Assembly (NCBI RefSeq): GCF_011386835.1
Contig: NC_088804.1
Span: 13,020,001 to 13,084,000, forward strand
Direction: 5' to 3'
DNA: 64,000 bases
From: Chrysemys picta bellii
Lineage: Eukaryota
Positions 1 to 15,962 of the stretch are shown here, one piece after another; the first letter of the stretch is position 1; each line of letters starts with the position of its first letter. A program made the position numbers and the translations under genes. The notes under the pieces are model-generated. The model saw only the letters and a program-made list of their open reading frames with translations, searched no databases and was not told where the DNA came from.

Positions 1-1546
1 ACAAAAAAACTTGGAGATGACAATCCTGCCACCATAATGGATAGATGGAGGGGAAAGGAAAAATGAAATTTGCACACTTGACAGATTGAAGCCTCTAAAA
101 TACTCTTTTATAAGTTTGAAATCCTCTTATATGTTAAGAAAAAGAGATTGTCGCAGAATCAGAGTGATGAAACTGGCAAAGGAAATGTGTTTTTTGAACT
201 TTGTAGCTGATCCTTTGGGCTTTCTTTAGTCCCTGGTATAAGCCTATTCAGTTGTCTGATTTATTGGCACCGCCAAAGAGAACTGAATAAAATAGTGTTA
301 ATAAGATTCCAAACCAGCTAAAGCCGTGCATGTGGCTTCAGTTTTCTTTGCAGCCCTGAGATTTAGGGAGGAGGCTGCAGACTGGTGGAGCTTTCAGCAA
401 ACCTGAGCTGTGTGTCAAGCAAATGGGGGTCAAATGGCTGAAATGTGGACCTGGGTGCACGTTGTAGTGTGTAAGACCATCTCTATACGTAACTCAGTGA
501 ATACAAATAGAGACATCAAACCAGAAAAAAGGGGTGTACAAATCCATTTGACCAGCTTTCCTGCATCCTTACTGCTCAAGAAGCTGCTGTATCCAAACCT
601 CTCTCCCAGAATTATATTTGGATATTTGAAACCTCAGTGCAGTGGTACAAATTCCTGGTTCTTCATGTTTCCTGGTTTCCTACGGAGTAGCAAACAAATG
701 ACAATAAAAAAGTCCAGCTCCTGTTTCAGTTAGTAGCAATGTGTCAGACCTGGTTGTGCTAATGTTCCAATAGTCATTACGTTCCAAAGGACAGAGGGAC
801 CCTGCCAGGTTTAATTGAGTCATTGCTGCTTTAGCAGAGCCGTGGGATAGAAAACATCTTCAGTTCTGCCCCATAGACATGGTCTACCCATAGTAAAAAG
901 CTGGTATTCCTAACAGTGGCACTTAAGAAAAAAGGTAACTCTCTTACAACCCAGAATAAATGCTGCAATTGTCACCTCCAGTACATGAATAAAAGGGTGG
1001 GGGGAAAGCAAAACCACATACTAATAAAAGGAGAAAACCCTTTTCTATGGCAGAGTTCAGCAATGAGGAGAACCAGACAAGAGCCTTATCCAGCACTCTA
1101 TAAAGATACACTTTGCAGGATCAAATTCAACAGGGGTAGGAATGGGCACAACGTCCATTAATGGCAGTGGGAATTGTGCCTGCTTGTAGGCCAGACTAGT
1201 GCTGCATTTCGCCTCTTTAGCCTTCAATGAAAGTGTTACGTGAGTAAGGATAGGTCCCAAAACGACTACATTTGAAAGCAGCATAGTAAAGGGTTCTGAA
1301 AAAAGGGTCTTCAAGCTGTCGCACAAGGAGCAGCTCTGCAGTGAGTGGATGTGCCCATGTGAGAGAACTTAGACTAGAGCCAGTGATATCCATTTGAGCA
1401 CCGTCTGAGGTGCTGTCCCTTACTTCTTGTCTCTGGAAAGAACGGCTTTGGCAATAAAAGGACCAAAGGATCTTGCAGCAAGTATTTTAGGTGATGCAGC
1501 AGCTAATAGTTGACTAATCTTTGTGTTCATTGATTATATTCTAGAC

Positions 1547-2291
1547 CAGCAGTAGGCAACCTATGGCACGCGTGCCAAAGGCGGCACGCGAGCTGATTTT
1601 CAGTGGCACCAGTGGCGTATTATCGCCTAGGCCAACAAGGCCTAGGCCTAGGGTGGCAAATTTGCAGGGGCGGCAAATTTATAATAGCAGCATTTTTGTG
1701 CATTCAGTGACGCCGCGATTCTACCAATCATAGTGCATATTGAAACCACCAATGACGGCGCGACACCATTTAGTAAACATACGCACGAGAATCCTAAACT
1801 GCACCGGACCCCCGTTTGAACGCGGGGTTTTGGATCCATGCTATAAGCGAAATCGCGCTATACAGACGTGCATTCAAGCGAGGGTCCGCTGTACTTGTAA
1901 TTTTATTTGTAATAAAACTTGTAAATGTTCAATTATTTTAATGATATTTAGATTCATTTTAGTTCAAACGAATTTGTAAAAAAACTAAAACAAGTTCATA
2001 TGGGGCTGGGGGCGGCAAAATCATTAATCCACCACTGAGTGGCACTCACACTGCCCGGGTCCTGGCTACCGGTCCGGGGACTCTGCATTTTAATTTAATT
2101 TTAAATGAAGCTTCTTAAACATTTTAAAAACCTTATTTACTTTACATACAACAATAGTTTAGTTATATATTATAGACGTATAGAAAGAGACCTTCTAAAA
2201 ACATTAAAATGTATTACTGGCACTGAAAACTTAAATTAGAGTGAATAAACGAAGACTCGGCACACCACTTCTGAAAGGTTGCCGACCCCTG
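1547..2291. mobile_element. hAT-type non-autonomous DNA transposon (MITE) carrying a nested insertion
   Basis: Imperfect TIRs CAGCAGTAGGCAACC ... GGTTGCCGACCCCTG; exact 8-bp TSD TTCTAGAC at 1539-1546 and 2292-2299. Confidence 0.85.
1610..2037. mobile_element. Second hAT-type MITE nested inside the 1547-2291 element
   Basis: TIRs CAGTGGCGTATTA ... TAATCCACCACTG; exact 8-bp TSD AGTGGCAC at 1602-1609 and 2038-2045; CpG-rich. Confidence 0.85.
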
Positions 2292-2879
2292 TTCTAGACA
2301 ATGGAGCTGAGATAAAAGAATCCAGAAAGAAAATGGCTGAGACATCTCAGTCACAAGCAGAATATAGAAAAGCTGAGTACTACTGTGTAAACATAATCTC
2401 AAATTAATAGCTACTGCTTTGCTCTTCTCTAGCATATATTCTGAATAGCTCCCCAAATGCTGTACAAACAACAGTTATTTCTCTAACCTCCACTCTCCGG
2501 GAGATAATATAGAAATTGTACTGAGTTAGATAAGGCAGAGCGAGATTAAGTGATGTGTCCAATGAGTAGGAGAAAGAACATTAATGCATTTGCTCAAAAA
2601 ATCTACACTGAAACCGCAGCATTAGATTTTTCAAACATGCAATGATGGACACCATAGAGTTGAGACTATATATTTGTAACCAGTCGGTCAAATAAAGTGA
2701 GCTAGGACAGACTTGCTTTCAACTCCCCCCATGGACTATACGTTCTGCCCCCACTCTTGCAATATTTCAAGGTTACCGAGGTGAGGAAAACAGGAAGGAA
2801 GTCATAGAACACTGCTGAACATAACCAAAGTCATATAATCCAGCCTTCCTATCTAAGATACTTATCTGGCTCCTATTAC

Positions 2880-3060
2880 TGTAGTATCGGAGCATATTCA
2901 CAATGTTTTAATCCTCATAACACCCCCATTCACCCGGGCAAGGAAGTACATTATCCCCATTTTACAGAAAGCACAGGAAGACTAAGTGACTTACCCCTAG
3001 AAGCCTGTAGTAGAGCAGGAAATTGAACCCAGGTCTTTGAGGTCTTAAGTTAATACCCTA
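2880..3060 (-). mobile_element. Old MIR/CORE-SINE-like fragment
   Basis: Motifs attatccccatttacag, ctaagtgacttacccc and aattgaacccaggtc resemble the reverse-strand MIR core; boundaries approximate. Confidence 0.5.
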
Positions 3061-3511
3061 CCCAGGGGTTATTCGTCCTTGTTTGCTAAACAGCTTCAGA
3101 CAGGGCCAAGGTCTATTGCATAGCTAACAGGAATTAAAAACTGTTCTGCATTAGGTTGCATGGGTGCCTGTAAAGCAATACAAAATGCTTAGATTACACT
3201 TAACAGGGGAAATAAGCTGCTGCCTTTTATTGGACTAAAAATATGTTCTACTCAGAGTTTTGGGTGGAACATGGGGGTTAACTCTGCAGTTTTCTGTTTC
3301 TTTAAAGAAAAAGGCATGAGCCAATGAACTCTGTAACTTTTGACCTTGGCAGCTGGTACATGCACTAAAGCATGAGGGGCCATCTCCCCTGTTTAACCAT
3401 GTTTTATTTGATCTAATGAAACAGTACATTCTCAGTCATATACATGTTTAATATCTTATAAAAATCCTTTTAAGCTTTTGCCCTCAATCCTGTATTATTA
3501 TTTTTTTTTTT

Positions 3512-3687
3512 ATAGAATATCAAGGTTGGAAGGGACCTCAAGGTCATCTAGTCCAACCCCCTGCTCAAAGCAGGACCAATCCCCAGACAGATTTTTTTAC
3601 TCTGGATCCCTAAATGGCCCCCATAAGGCTTAAACTCACAACCCTGTGTTTAGCAGGCCAATGCTCAAACTACTGAGCTATCCCTCC
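3512..3687 (-). mobile_element. Turtle tRNA-derived Pol III SINE with CR1-derived 3' tail
   Basis: Reverse strand reads GGAGGGATAGCTCAGTAGTTTGAGCATTGGCCTGCTAAAC (A-box/tRNA-like head) through GGACTAGATGACC..GGTCCCTTCCAACCTTGATATTCTAT (CR1 tail). Confidence 0.85.
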
Positions 3688-4206
3688 ACTGCCCAGCAAT
3701 GAGAGCCACAGGATATATATGTATTGTGCCTAGAAGCATGTCCTTTTATCCATTCTAAATATCTTTCATTTTATTGGCTATCCCATTGTTCTCTTCTAAT
3801 GATGAAAGAGCAGCAAATTTAAAGTCTCCATACATTCTTTATTTTGTGTCTCACTCATGTCCCCTCTTTTTTCCATCTCTTCTCCAGACTGAATAGTTCC
3901 AATATGTCTTCAGATGACAGGGCCTCCATGTCTTTAATAACATTTTCATCAGTTGTCTCAGAGCCTTCTGAATACTGGAAGAAAATGACCAGGGTTCCCC
4001 AGGTATAATATGTTAGAGAAGCACTGACCTAGGGACACCTTGGGAAGGGGTATGCAATAAAGCCTTCCATTTGCCACCTTCTCTGTATCCAAAGGGTTCG
4101 TGGGAAACTGGATTAATTTGGTGAATACTCCTAATTTTCATCCAGTAACAAACTGTCAATCTCCCCCATTGCTCAAGGGGTAATGTGGCAACAAGTGTTG
4201 TCCTAT

Positions 4207-4217
4207 TGCTGAGTCAT
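4207..4217 (-). promoter_or_regulatory. Antioxidant response element (Nrf2/sMaf, AP-1 core) upstream of ferritin g1
   Basis: TGCTGAGTCAT, reverse ATGACTCAGCA, matches the RTGACnnnGC consensus; about 250 bp upstream of ATG 4465. Confidence 0.65.
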
Positions 4218-4290
4218 GCCCTCACCTGTGGATACTGTGTTAGGATCCAGCCCTCAAAGGTGACTGGTGCTGTAGGGAAGAAGGACATTT

Positions 4291-4350
4291 CTATTGGATG
4301 GCAGCAGCTGTCAATCACACCCACTCCCTGCTCTGGACAGCATTAATACC
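4291..4350 (+). promoter_or_regulatory. Conserved ferritin-array core promoter module (inverted CCAAT, CAGCTG, CACACCC, TATA-like)
   Basis: ATTGGATGGCAGCAGCTGTCAATCACACCC...CATTAATA; homologous modules precede g2, g3, g4, g5, g6, g7 and g9. Confidence 0.7.
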
Positions 4351-4443
4351 ATCTGTGAAGAAGAATGTTTCTGGTACTTTTCTGGGCTCTGTCTTGGTTA
4401 GAAGTGTTTGGTATCCCTAGAAATTTCTTGAGATCCTTTCTAG

Positions 4444-6631
<2,188 letters not shown>

Positions 6632-6900
6632 ACTCTGCACTAGGGACCTGAACAGTAGTGTAGATCATGATGTCATAGCTGCATTACGCTGGATATAGAT
6701 CAGAAAATAGATGTCTTGTCTTACCTAAATACTGAGAATAAAATCTCTGCTTTCTGGTGTAACCTGGCTCATGTGATATTACTCCAACTGGGGATGCAGG
6801 CTGGTTTCCCCACAGATGCTGTAGTGGATGAATACTAATGTATAGTGACTCACTAAGAAGAGCAGGTATCTTGTGAGGTGGAGTGGGGAAATGACTGGAG

Positions 6901-7470
6901 CATGGTCCTCAACAGTGTTCTTTGAGACTAAAGAACATGTGGTAGAGGGCTGTGATGGGACAGGGTCTGCATGGGACAATGGTGCAGGGAACTGTCTGTG
7001 CCATGAAGTGACTTTGGCGTGGGTGGTGGTGGTGTGAAATCACAGCACAACAAGTTCCCCTTAGATCCATGGTTCTCAAGCTATGGGGTGGGCTTCCCAA
7101 GGGGGGATGCAAGATGTGTGGTAAGATCTCTGGCTGTCCACCTTGGATGGCTGGGGCTCATGCCGAAGGGCTGTCCACACCTGGGAGGGGGGGATGAAGG
7201 GGACAGCCAGAACGCTGCCACCTGGGCTAGGGCTCACCCACTCTGCCCCAATCCCCCACCAGGAGGTGGCAAGGCTCTGGCTGTCCACCCTGGGGTGGCA
7301 GCACCAGTGCAGAAGTAAAGGTGGCAATAGGGTGCTAAGCCTGCTGTGACAAGTGAGAGGGAGGCAATGTGAAATTAATCACTTACCTCTATACTGGTGC
7401 AGCACTGCCTTCAGAGCTGGGTGGCAGTAATGCCCTGGGGAAGGGGAGTGATAAAGTTTGAGAACCACTG
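6901..7470. mobile_element. Degraded hAT-like DNA transposon remnant
   Basis: Right end AAAGTTTGAGAACCACTG is a typical hAT TIR; left end catggtcctcaac matches only weakly; no TSD found. Confidence 0.35.
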
Positions 7471-8179
7471 CCTTGGCTGTGCTTGCGGCTAGAAGCAAGG
7501 TTCTGCAGTTAAAGTTCTCTACTGCTAGCTGTGCTGTGTAAGGAACTCCTAGTCTTTAATCCATCCCAGTGGAGATGATTCTTGTGAGCCCCTAGGGGTG
7601 TGGGGGTGTGTGTATAAACATGTTGCTTTCTGGGGTGACGTGGTCCATTCTCAATTTGCTACTAACATAGAGGTTTGCAGTACGGTGGATCTGACCTACT
7701 GTCCCCCCTGCTGGTCCTATTTCTAGAGCTGAGGTTCCAGTGTGGGGTGGTGTGTAGTGGGGGGGGGTGTGTGGTGTGTAGTGTGTGTGTGGGGGGGGGG
7801 GGGCTTTTTTTTTTTTTCTGGCCCCAGTCATACATGGGTTGTAGTTTTCTCCTGGTCTGTATGTGGTTGGTGGTATAGTTTTCCCCCAGTTCCCTACAAG
7901 ATGTGGCAACCTATTTGCAAAGCAACTGCTGTACCAGTTGTTTGCATTGCAGGGACTTAGTCTACTGCTGAGGCACCCTTGACCCATCAGCTGTTCTCCA
8001 CTTTCAGTGTTTCTTCATTAGTCCTCAAACTGGCTATTTTAGCCAGAGCTTGAGGACAGGACCAACCTCTGCATTTTCTCTCCTGTAGTAATGAGGTGGC
8101 AAAATATTGACTGTATCTAATCATGACAGTGAAGCGCAAAAGGGCTGGATTGGTTTTCTCCTTTTCCCTTTTACTGCAG

Positions 8180-8319
8180 CTCTGACTCCTGGAGTCCCAC
8201 TAATGGAGCAAGTGAAGGCTACCAAGCAGCTGGGAAACCACCTCCCCAACCTGGGAGTGCCTCAGAATGGTATGGGAGAGTCCTTGTTTGACAAGCACAC
8301 CCTGGGGGGGAGCAGATGA
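8180..8319 (+). pseudogene. Orphan degenerate ferritin exon 4
   Basis: Pyrimidine tract plus CAG acceptor, then [37 protein letters not shown]; in-frame TGA and TAA near the 5' end plus deletions; own AATAAA at 8382-8387. Confidence 0.9.
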
Positions 8320-8888
8320 AGGCTGGTCCTGAAGACTGGTGCCCATAGCAGAGCTGAAATGGCTGACTCTTATTGTCTGAGAATAAAACTTGTGTGTGGG
8401 GTTTTTTGTGTGTGTTCTACTGTAGCTATGCTGGCATCTATTTGATGCTCTGGGGAACCACCTGAGTAGCTGATGGGAAGAAAGGTCCTGAGCTGGAAAT
8501 AAAAAAATAAGTTCAAAAAATCAGCTGTGAGTGTAATGGGGGAAGACTGGTAGGTGAGGGGAATAATTCAAAGCAGCTTTGTACTCCTTAGTCTGGTTTT
8601 AGAGATTATCCGTATGTCCTAAACAGAGTAGAGGCCTTATAGCAATGCTTCTTTCACTCTAGTACAAGATCCCCAACAAAGATTATTTCTTCATTCAGGC
8701 CACTCCATACACCCTAGTGCTAGCACAGGAGATTTTACAGGCAAATGGCAACAGTTGGGCCAGTGAAACTAACGGGTAATAGGCTGCAGTAGCTTCTACA
8801 GCACAGAAACATCTTTCAAACTTCATGCAAACCTCTCACTAAGCACGGGGTAGTAAATTTATCTGTCTCTGGTTAACCTTATGAAGTG

Positions 8889-9236
8889 CAGGGGTTCTCA
8901 GAACAATTTTTTTTGGTGGCCTCAGAGTGTGGCCACCACCCCTCAGTGGGGGCCGCTCTGAAAATTTTTCCAAATCTAACTCCCCCTCCCCCCCTGCTGT
9001 TACAGGCTGAAGCCCAGGGCCCGAAGCCCACTGCACACGCACACAGTGGTCCTATGTGTGTGCAGAGGTGCTGCCTGCAGCCAGGAGCAGCGCCGTCTAG
9101 GGCGGCAAAAACCCTCCTCTGAGGATTCAGCGGTGGGGGTCCTTTTGAAGCAAGTGAAGGACCCGGAGCGGAAGGACCCCCCCCCCACACCGAATTTCTG
9201 CTGAGGGCAGTAAAAAGCCGCCCCCTCCCCCAACAA
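8889..9236. mobile_element. GC-rich hAT-like MITE fragments (composite)
   Basis: Starts CAGGGGTTCTCA (hAT TIR-like); internal gaaggacc/ggtcc motifs shared with the element at 47527-47756. Confidence 0.5.
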
Positions 9237-9239
9237 TCC

Positions 9240-9290
9240 TGGACTAGATGACCTCCTGAGGTCCCTTCCAACCCTGATATTCTATCATGT
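9240..9290 (+). mobile_element. CR1/SINE 3' tail fragment
   Basis: TGGACTAGATGACCTCCTGAGGTCCCTTCCAACCCTGATATTCTATCATG. Confidence 0.75.
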
Positions 9291-11380
9291 GAACAGGCTC
9301 TGCAGTACACCAGCTTCTCCCATTGTTTCTTGGCTTGTTAGACAACAGCACTCCGCTTAGCTTCCATACTAGGTTCCACTTGCCCAAATCTGACAAGGGA
9401 CCCATCCTTGTGCTCAAAACATCTTCTCAAGCCAAATTAAAGACAGGACACATCTTCTAGCTTTCCACTTCTGGGAGGGTTTAATCTACCCTCAGGGAAA
9501 GGGGACTTCTTTATTACCAATACATTCAAAGATGCTAACAATACTGTACAGCCTGGGCAAACTGTAAAACTGCTTTCCAGCCAAGCAGAGTTTCCACCAC
9601 GCTGAGGCTCAACAACACCTCCTGGTGAAAAAGGATATAGTGCTATGCATGCAGACTGCTGCCCTGTCAGCAGTAATGCACTGAAAAACTCAACCCAGAG
9701 CAGAAGGACCAGTGTTTGTTTTCTGTTCTCTTAACTGACGCATGTATTTTTGTGTGTATATATAGATATAAAAAAACCCAAACCAAACAATGGTAAAGAT
9801 TCAAATCTGCTTGTCACAATATAAACTTATTTTCGCCAAGCAAGTATGTGTGTGCCGCCTTTCACGTGAAGGCCAAATGCAGTAGGATGTAAAGCCATCC
9901 TAATGCTGCCTTTCTGATAAATAGACAAAAAGTTGCCTTCTTGCTATGCAGAAAAACACACGATTATGCTGACTGTGGACTGTAGGATGTTAACTATAAT
10001 ATTACTTTACTGTAGTTATGGTAAAGAAATGTGAAACTCTGGATAGTTAAGCAAATAGAGGGCCAGTTCTGTCATGCCATTCAAGTGTTTCCAAAACGTA
10101 CATGCATACATCGCTTGTTGGATGCAACCACTTTTGGCACCAGAATTAATGGAAGGCAGGACACATTTTGGCTACTTAGGTAGCACTGGGGCAACTCTGA
10201 GTTCCAAAAAGGTATCGCTGGCTTTTTGTTTAATATCCAGCAGGCAAATGTCTGTTTGAAGTGAAGTTTTTTTAAAAAGATGCTGGGGGATTCAGACAGT
10301 AGCTCAAAAATCTGAGCTCAGTTACTGTATCTGTAGTGTAACTTAAATCAAATAAATGGTGTAGCTGAGCTTGGAATATGGCTCAAAATGCCAAATGTTA
10401 CATACAAGAGCAAGTAACTGGGGATGAATGAGGAATTCTGCAGGTGAAGATTTCAGGAAAGGAAGCATCATGAATAACTAGCTAGGGGAGGGTATAGCCA
10501 TCCGCTTCCAAAAAGATATCTCTGCACTCCAGAGCAAGGATCCAAAATACTGTGCTAACAGTAGTGTAAGTTGCTGCATATTGGATTATTACTATAGTGT
10601 GTTTTTAATAAAGATCCTACCATTACAGCAGTCACAAAGGAGATGAGGTTGCTTGGAGCTAGGTCAGTCCTACCTCAAGATGTATATCTGGGCAGTAGGT
10701 TCTGCTACTGGACGGTTAGTGCCAACATGGACCTGTAAGAAACCCTACAGGCTGGGCTTAATGAGCCAAATGCCCCAAACCACACCCCTCTCTACATTTT
10801 GGTCCAATCCTGTCTTCATGATGTTATCATTTTCCCAGAGATGCTTTTTGTGTCTGTATCCTTGATTCCCTCTTGTATTCCCTTGGTCCCTGAAAATCTT
10901 TTTTCCTTTCGCTCAGATGCCCCCCTCTCTGTCCTTACAGCAGTATTTACTATGACACGACTTTGGGCTATGTGGACAGATCATGATGCCACAGTGGGAA
11001 CTCCAGAGCTCTTGATATAACAAGCAATAGCAACCCGTACTTCCTGAGCTCAAAGAGCTTATATATAGGCCCTGATAGACCTAAGAAAATATTGCACACA
11101 ATGTTAAGATGGGTGGATCTCAGGTAATAGTCTCTCAAATTCTCCATTCTGTAACCGTCTTCCCATTTAGGGCAAAATGGGAAATTGGCATTGTTGAGTC
11201 CTATAAAAGTGATGCTTAATGAGCCACACTTTTCTCAATAAAGAAACAGGCCAATTGGGCTGTTCTAGGAGTGTCCATTGCTCCCTGCTTTTCAAGGGTT
11301 TCAAAACAACTGTTGAGGTGTGTCTTATGGCTAATAACCTCTTTCACCTGTAGAAATTCAGTAATAGCCCCACCCACAAT

Positions 11381-11475
11381 GCTGATTGGTTTTCTTGGTG
11401 AGAAAGGAAATTCCCATTGGATGGCAGCAGCTTGTTAGTCATACTTTTGTCCTTCTCAGAACTGTATTAATACCA
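11381..11475 (+). promoter_or_regulatory. g2 promoter: two inverted CCAAT boxes and TATA-like TATTAATA
   Basis: ATTGG at 11385 and 11416, GGCAGCAGCT, TATTAATA at 11465. Confidence 0.65.
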
Positions 11476-11515
11476 AGTACGCTAAGATAGGCTTTTATAT
11501 CCTTGTGTGGGTGAG

Positions 11516-11543
11516 CTCTTGCTTCAAGAGTGGTTGTGGAGAG
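11516..11543 (+). promoter_or_regulatory. Degenerate iron-responsive element (IRE) remnant in the g2 5' UTR
   Basis: CTCT TGC TTCAA GAGTGG TTGTG GAGAG versus the canonical ferritin IRE TTC(C/T)TGCTTCAACAGTG(C/T)TTG; loop C1 changed to G and upper stem partly broken. Confidence 0.65.
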
Positions 11544-11601
11544 TCTCTTTCAGTTGTAAGTGTCTGTTGGTGTTTTACACCTAAACCTTAGAGGTAAGGA
11601 A

Positions 11602-14595
<2,994 letters not shown>

Positions 14596-15721
14596 ATGCA
14601 GTACAGGTTCTTGTGTTTAGAAGGAATGTCTTACCTGAGCTCAAAATAAAGAAGAATGGAAAGCTGTTTTGGCTGTAACATGGCTTTCACTTGTGTATAT
14701 GTGTAATATATAGGATGCCTCTAAACTGTATTGGAACAAAGCATGGGAGGGCATAATGTCAAGAGGATAATGAGGGACCGTGAAATTCAACTAACATTCT
14801 ATACAGCAACAGATGTGGCCCTATGAGGAGTTTATTCATGCTAGTCTTCCTCTATACACACACACACATTCTGGCTAAAATCTAACTCCTCTTTCAGCAG
14901 ATCTCCTTGTACACAGTTCAGAAGGAATCCCTACAAATATAGTATTCATTGGATCAGCCAGCAATAGGAATGTAAATGCCAAGAGTGGGACTGGCTATGG
15001 ATAGTGGTGGCAGCAGAAAATGGGATGGAGAAATAGTGCACTTAATTCACCAAACCGATGTAGGAGCACTATGGGAGCTCAGATTACAAATGGCAACATT
15101 CATTTGGGAGAGCTGTGCTGAAGGGGAGGAGTCATGTGTCGTGTCTTTCCCTCTTCCCCCCCCCCCCCCCCCCCCGGAGAACTAGTACTAATCCAACTGC
15201 TTCCAGGAATCAAAAGACCTGAAACATACAGGGTTTGTCCCTTATGATCTCTTAAAGGGAGTGTCAGGAAAAAACAAACCCAAGTCACTGGGGGGGGAGG
15301 GAGGGAAGACAAGATTCCTTGCAGACTCTTGTAGCACTTACTTTAGCTGGTGTCTGCCATATAAAACCAGAGTTTAGCAGGTCGCTCTGTGTTTGAGAGG
15401 CCCTGTATCAGGGCTGGATTAGGATAGCACAGCGAGTTATATGCCAAGAGGGGACACATGCCCCCTTCTGATTTTTAGATGGAACATTCCAACAGCCTCC
15501 AGTTATCTGACCAGGATAGGCTGGTGGAAACCTATGTTCCCTGCTCAACTATGCATTAAAAGGGTGTGTTCTAGGGTAGGACCACCTCACCTACTGGGCA
15601 CCTGCACCAAAGTGAAGCTGCTTCTAGCTGTGGCTGTTACTCCACTCTACTCCTACCCTAAAAGACAAATGCAGGAAGGGGTGGGTGCTGGAACAATACC
15701 TCTAGAAGGCACAGCACTGGC

Positions 15722-15962
15722 TGAAAGCTGAAGCTAGACAACTTCAAACAGGAAATAAGGTGTACACTTTTAATGGTGACCGTAACTAACCTTTGAACAA
15801 CTTAACAAGGGTTGTGGTGTGTTCTCCATCACTGACCACTTCTAAAAGATATTGGATCTTGGTCTGAAAAAAGAGATGCAGCAGGAATTGGGGGAAATTC
15901 TTGGGCTTGTCTACAGATCATCAGAGTAGATGATCACAATGGTTCCTTGTCTTGGAATCTGA
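15722..15962 (+). mobile_element. Old CR1 LINE 3' fragment
   Basis: gaaagctgaagctagacaa..gaaataagg..tttttaatggtga..ttctccatcactg..tagatgatcacaatggt motifs. Confidence 0.65.

Noticed and set aside
410-1326. ORFs 410-733, 916-1161 and 1057-1326 as coding exons
   Set aside because: No recognisable protein similarity or convincing exon structure.
3620-3687. tRNA gene
   Set aside because: It is the tRNA-derived head of a SINE continuous with a CR1 tail; no complete cloverleaf is evident.
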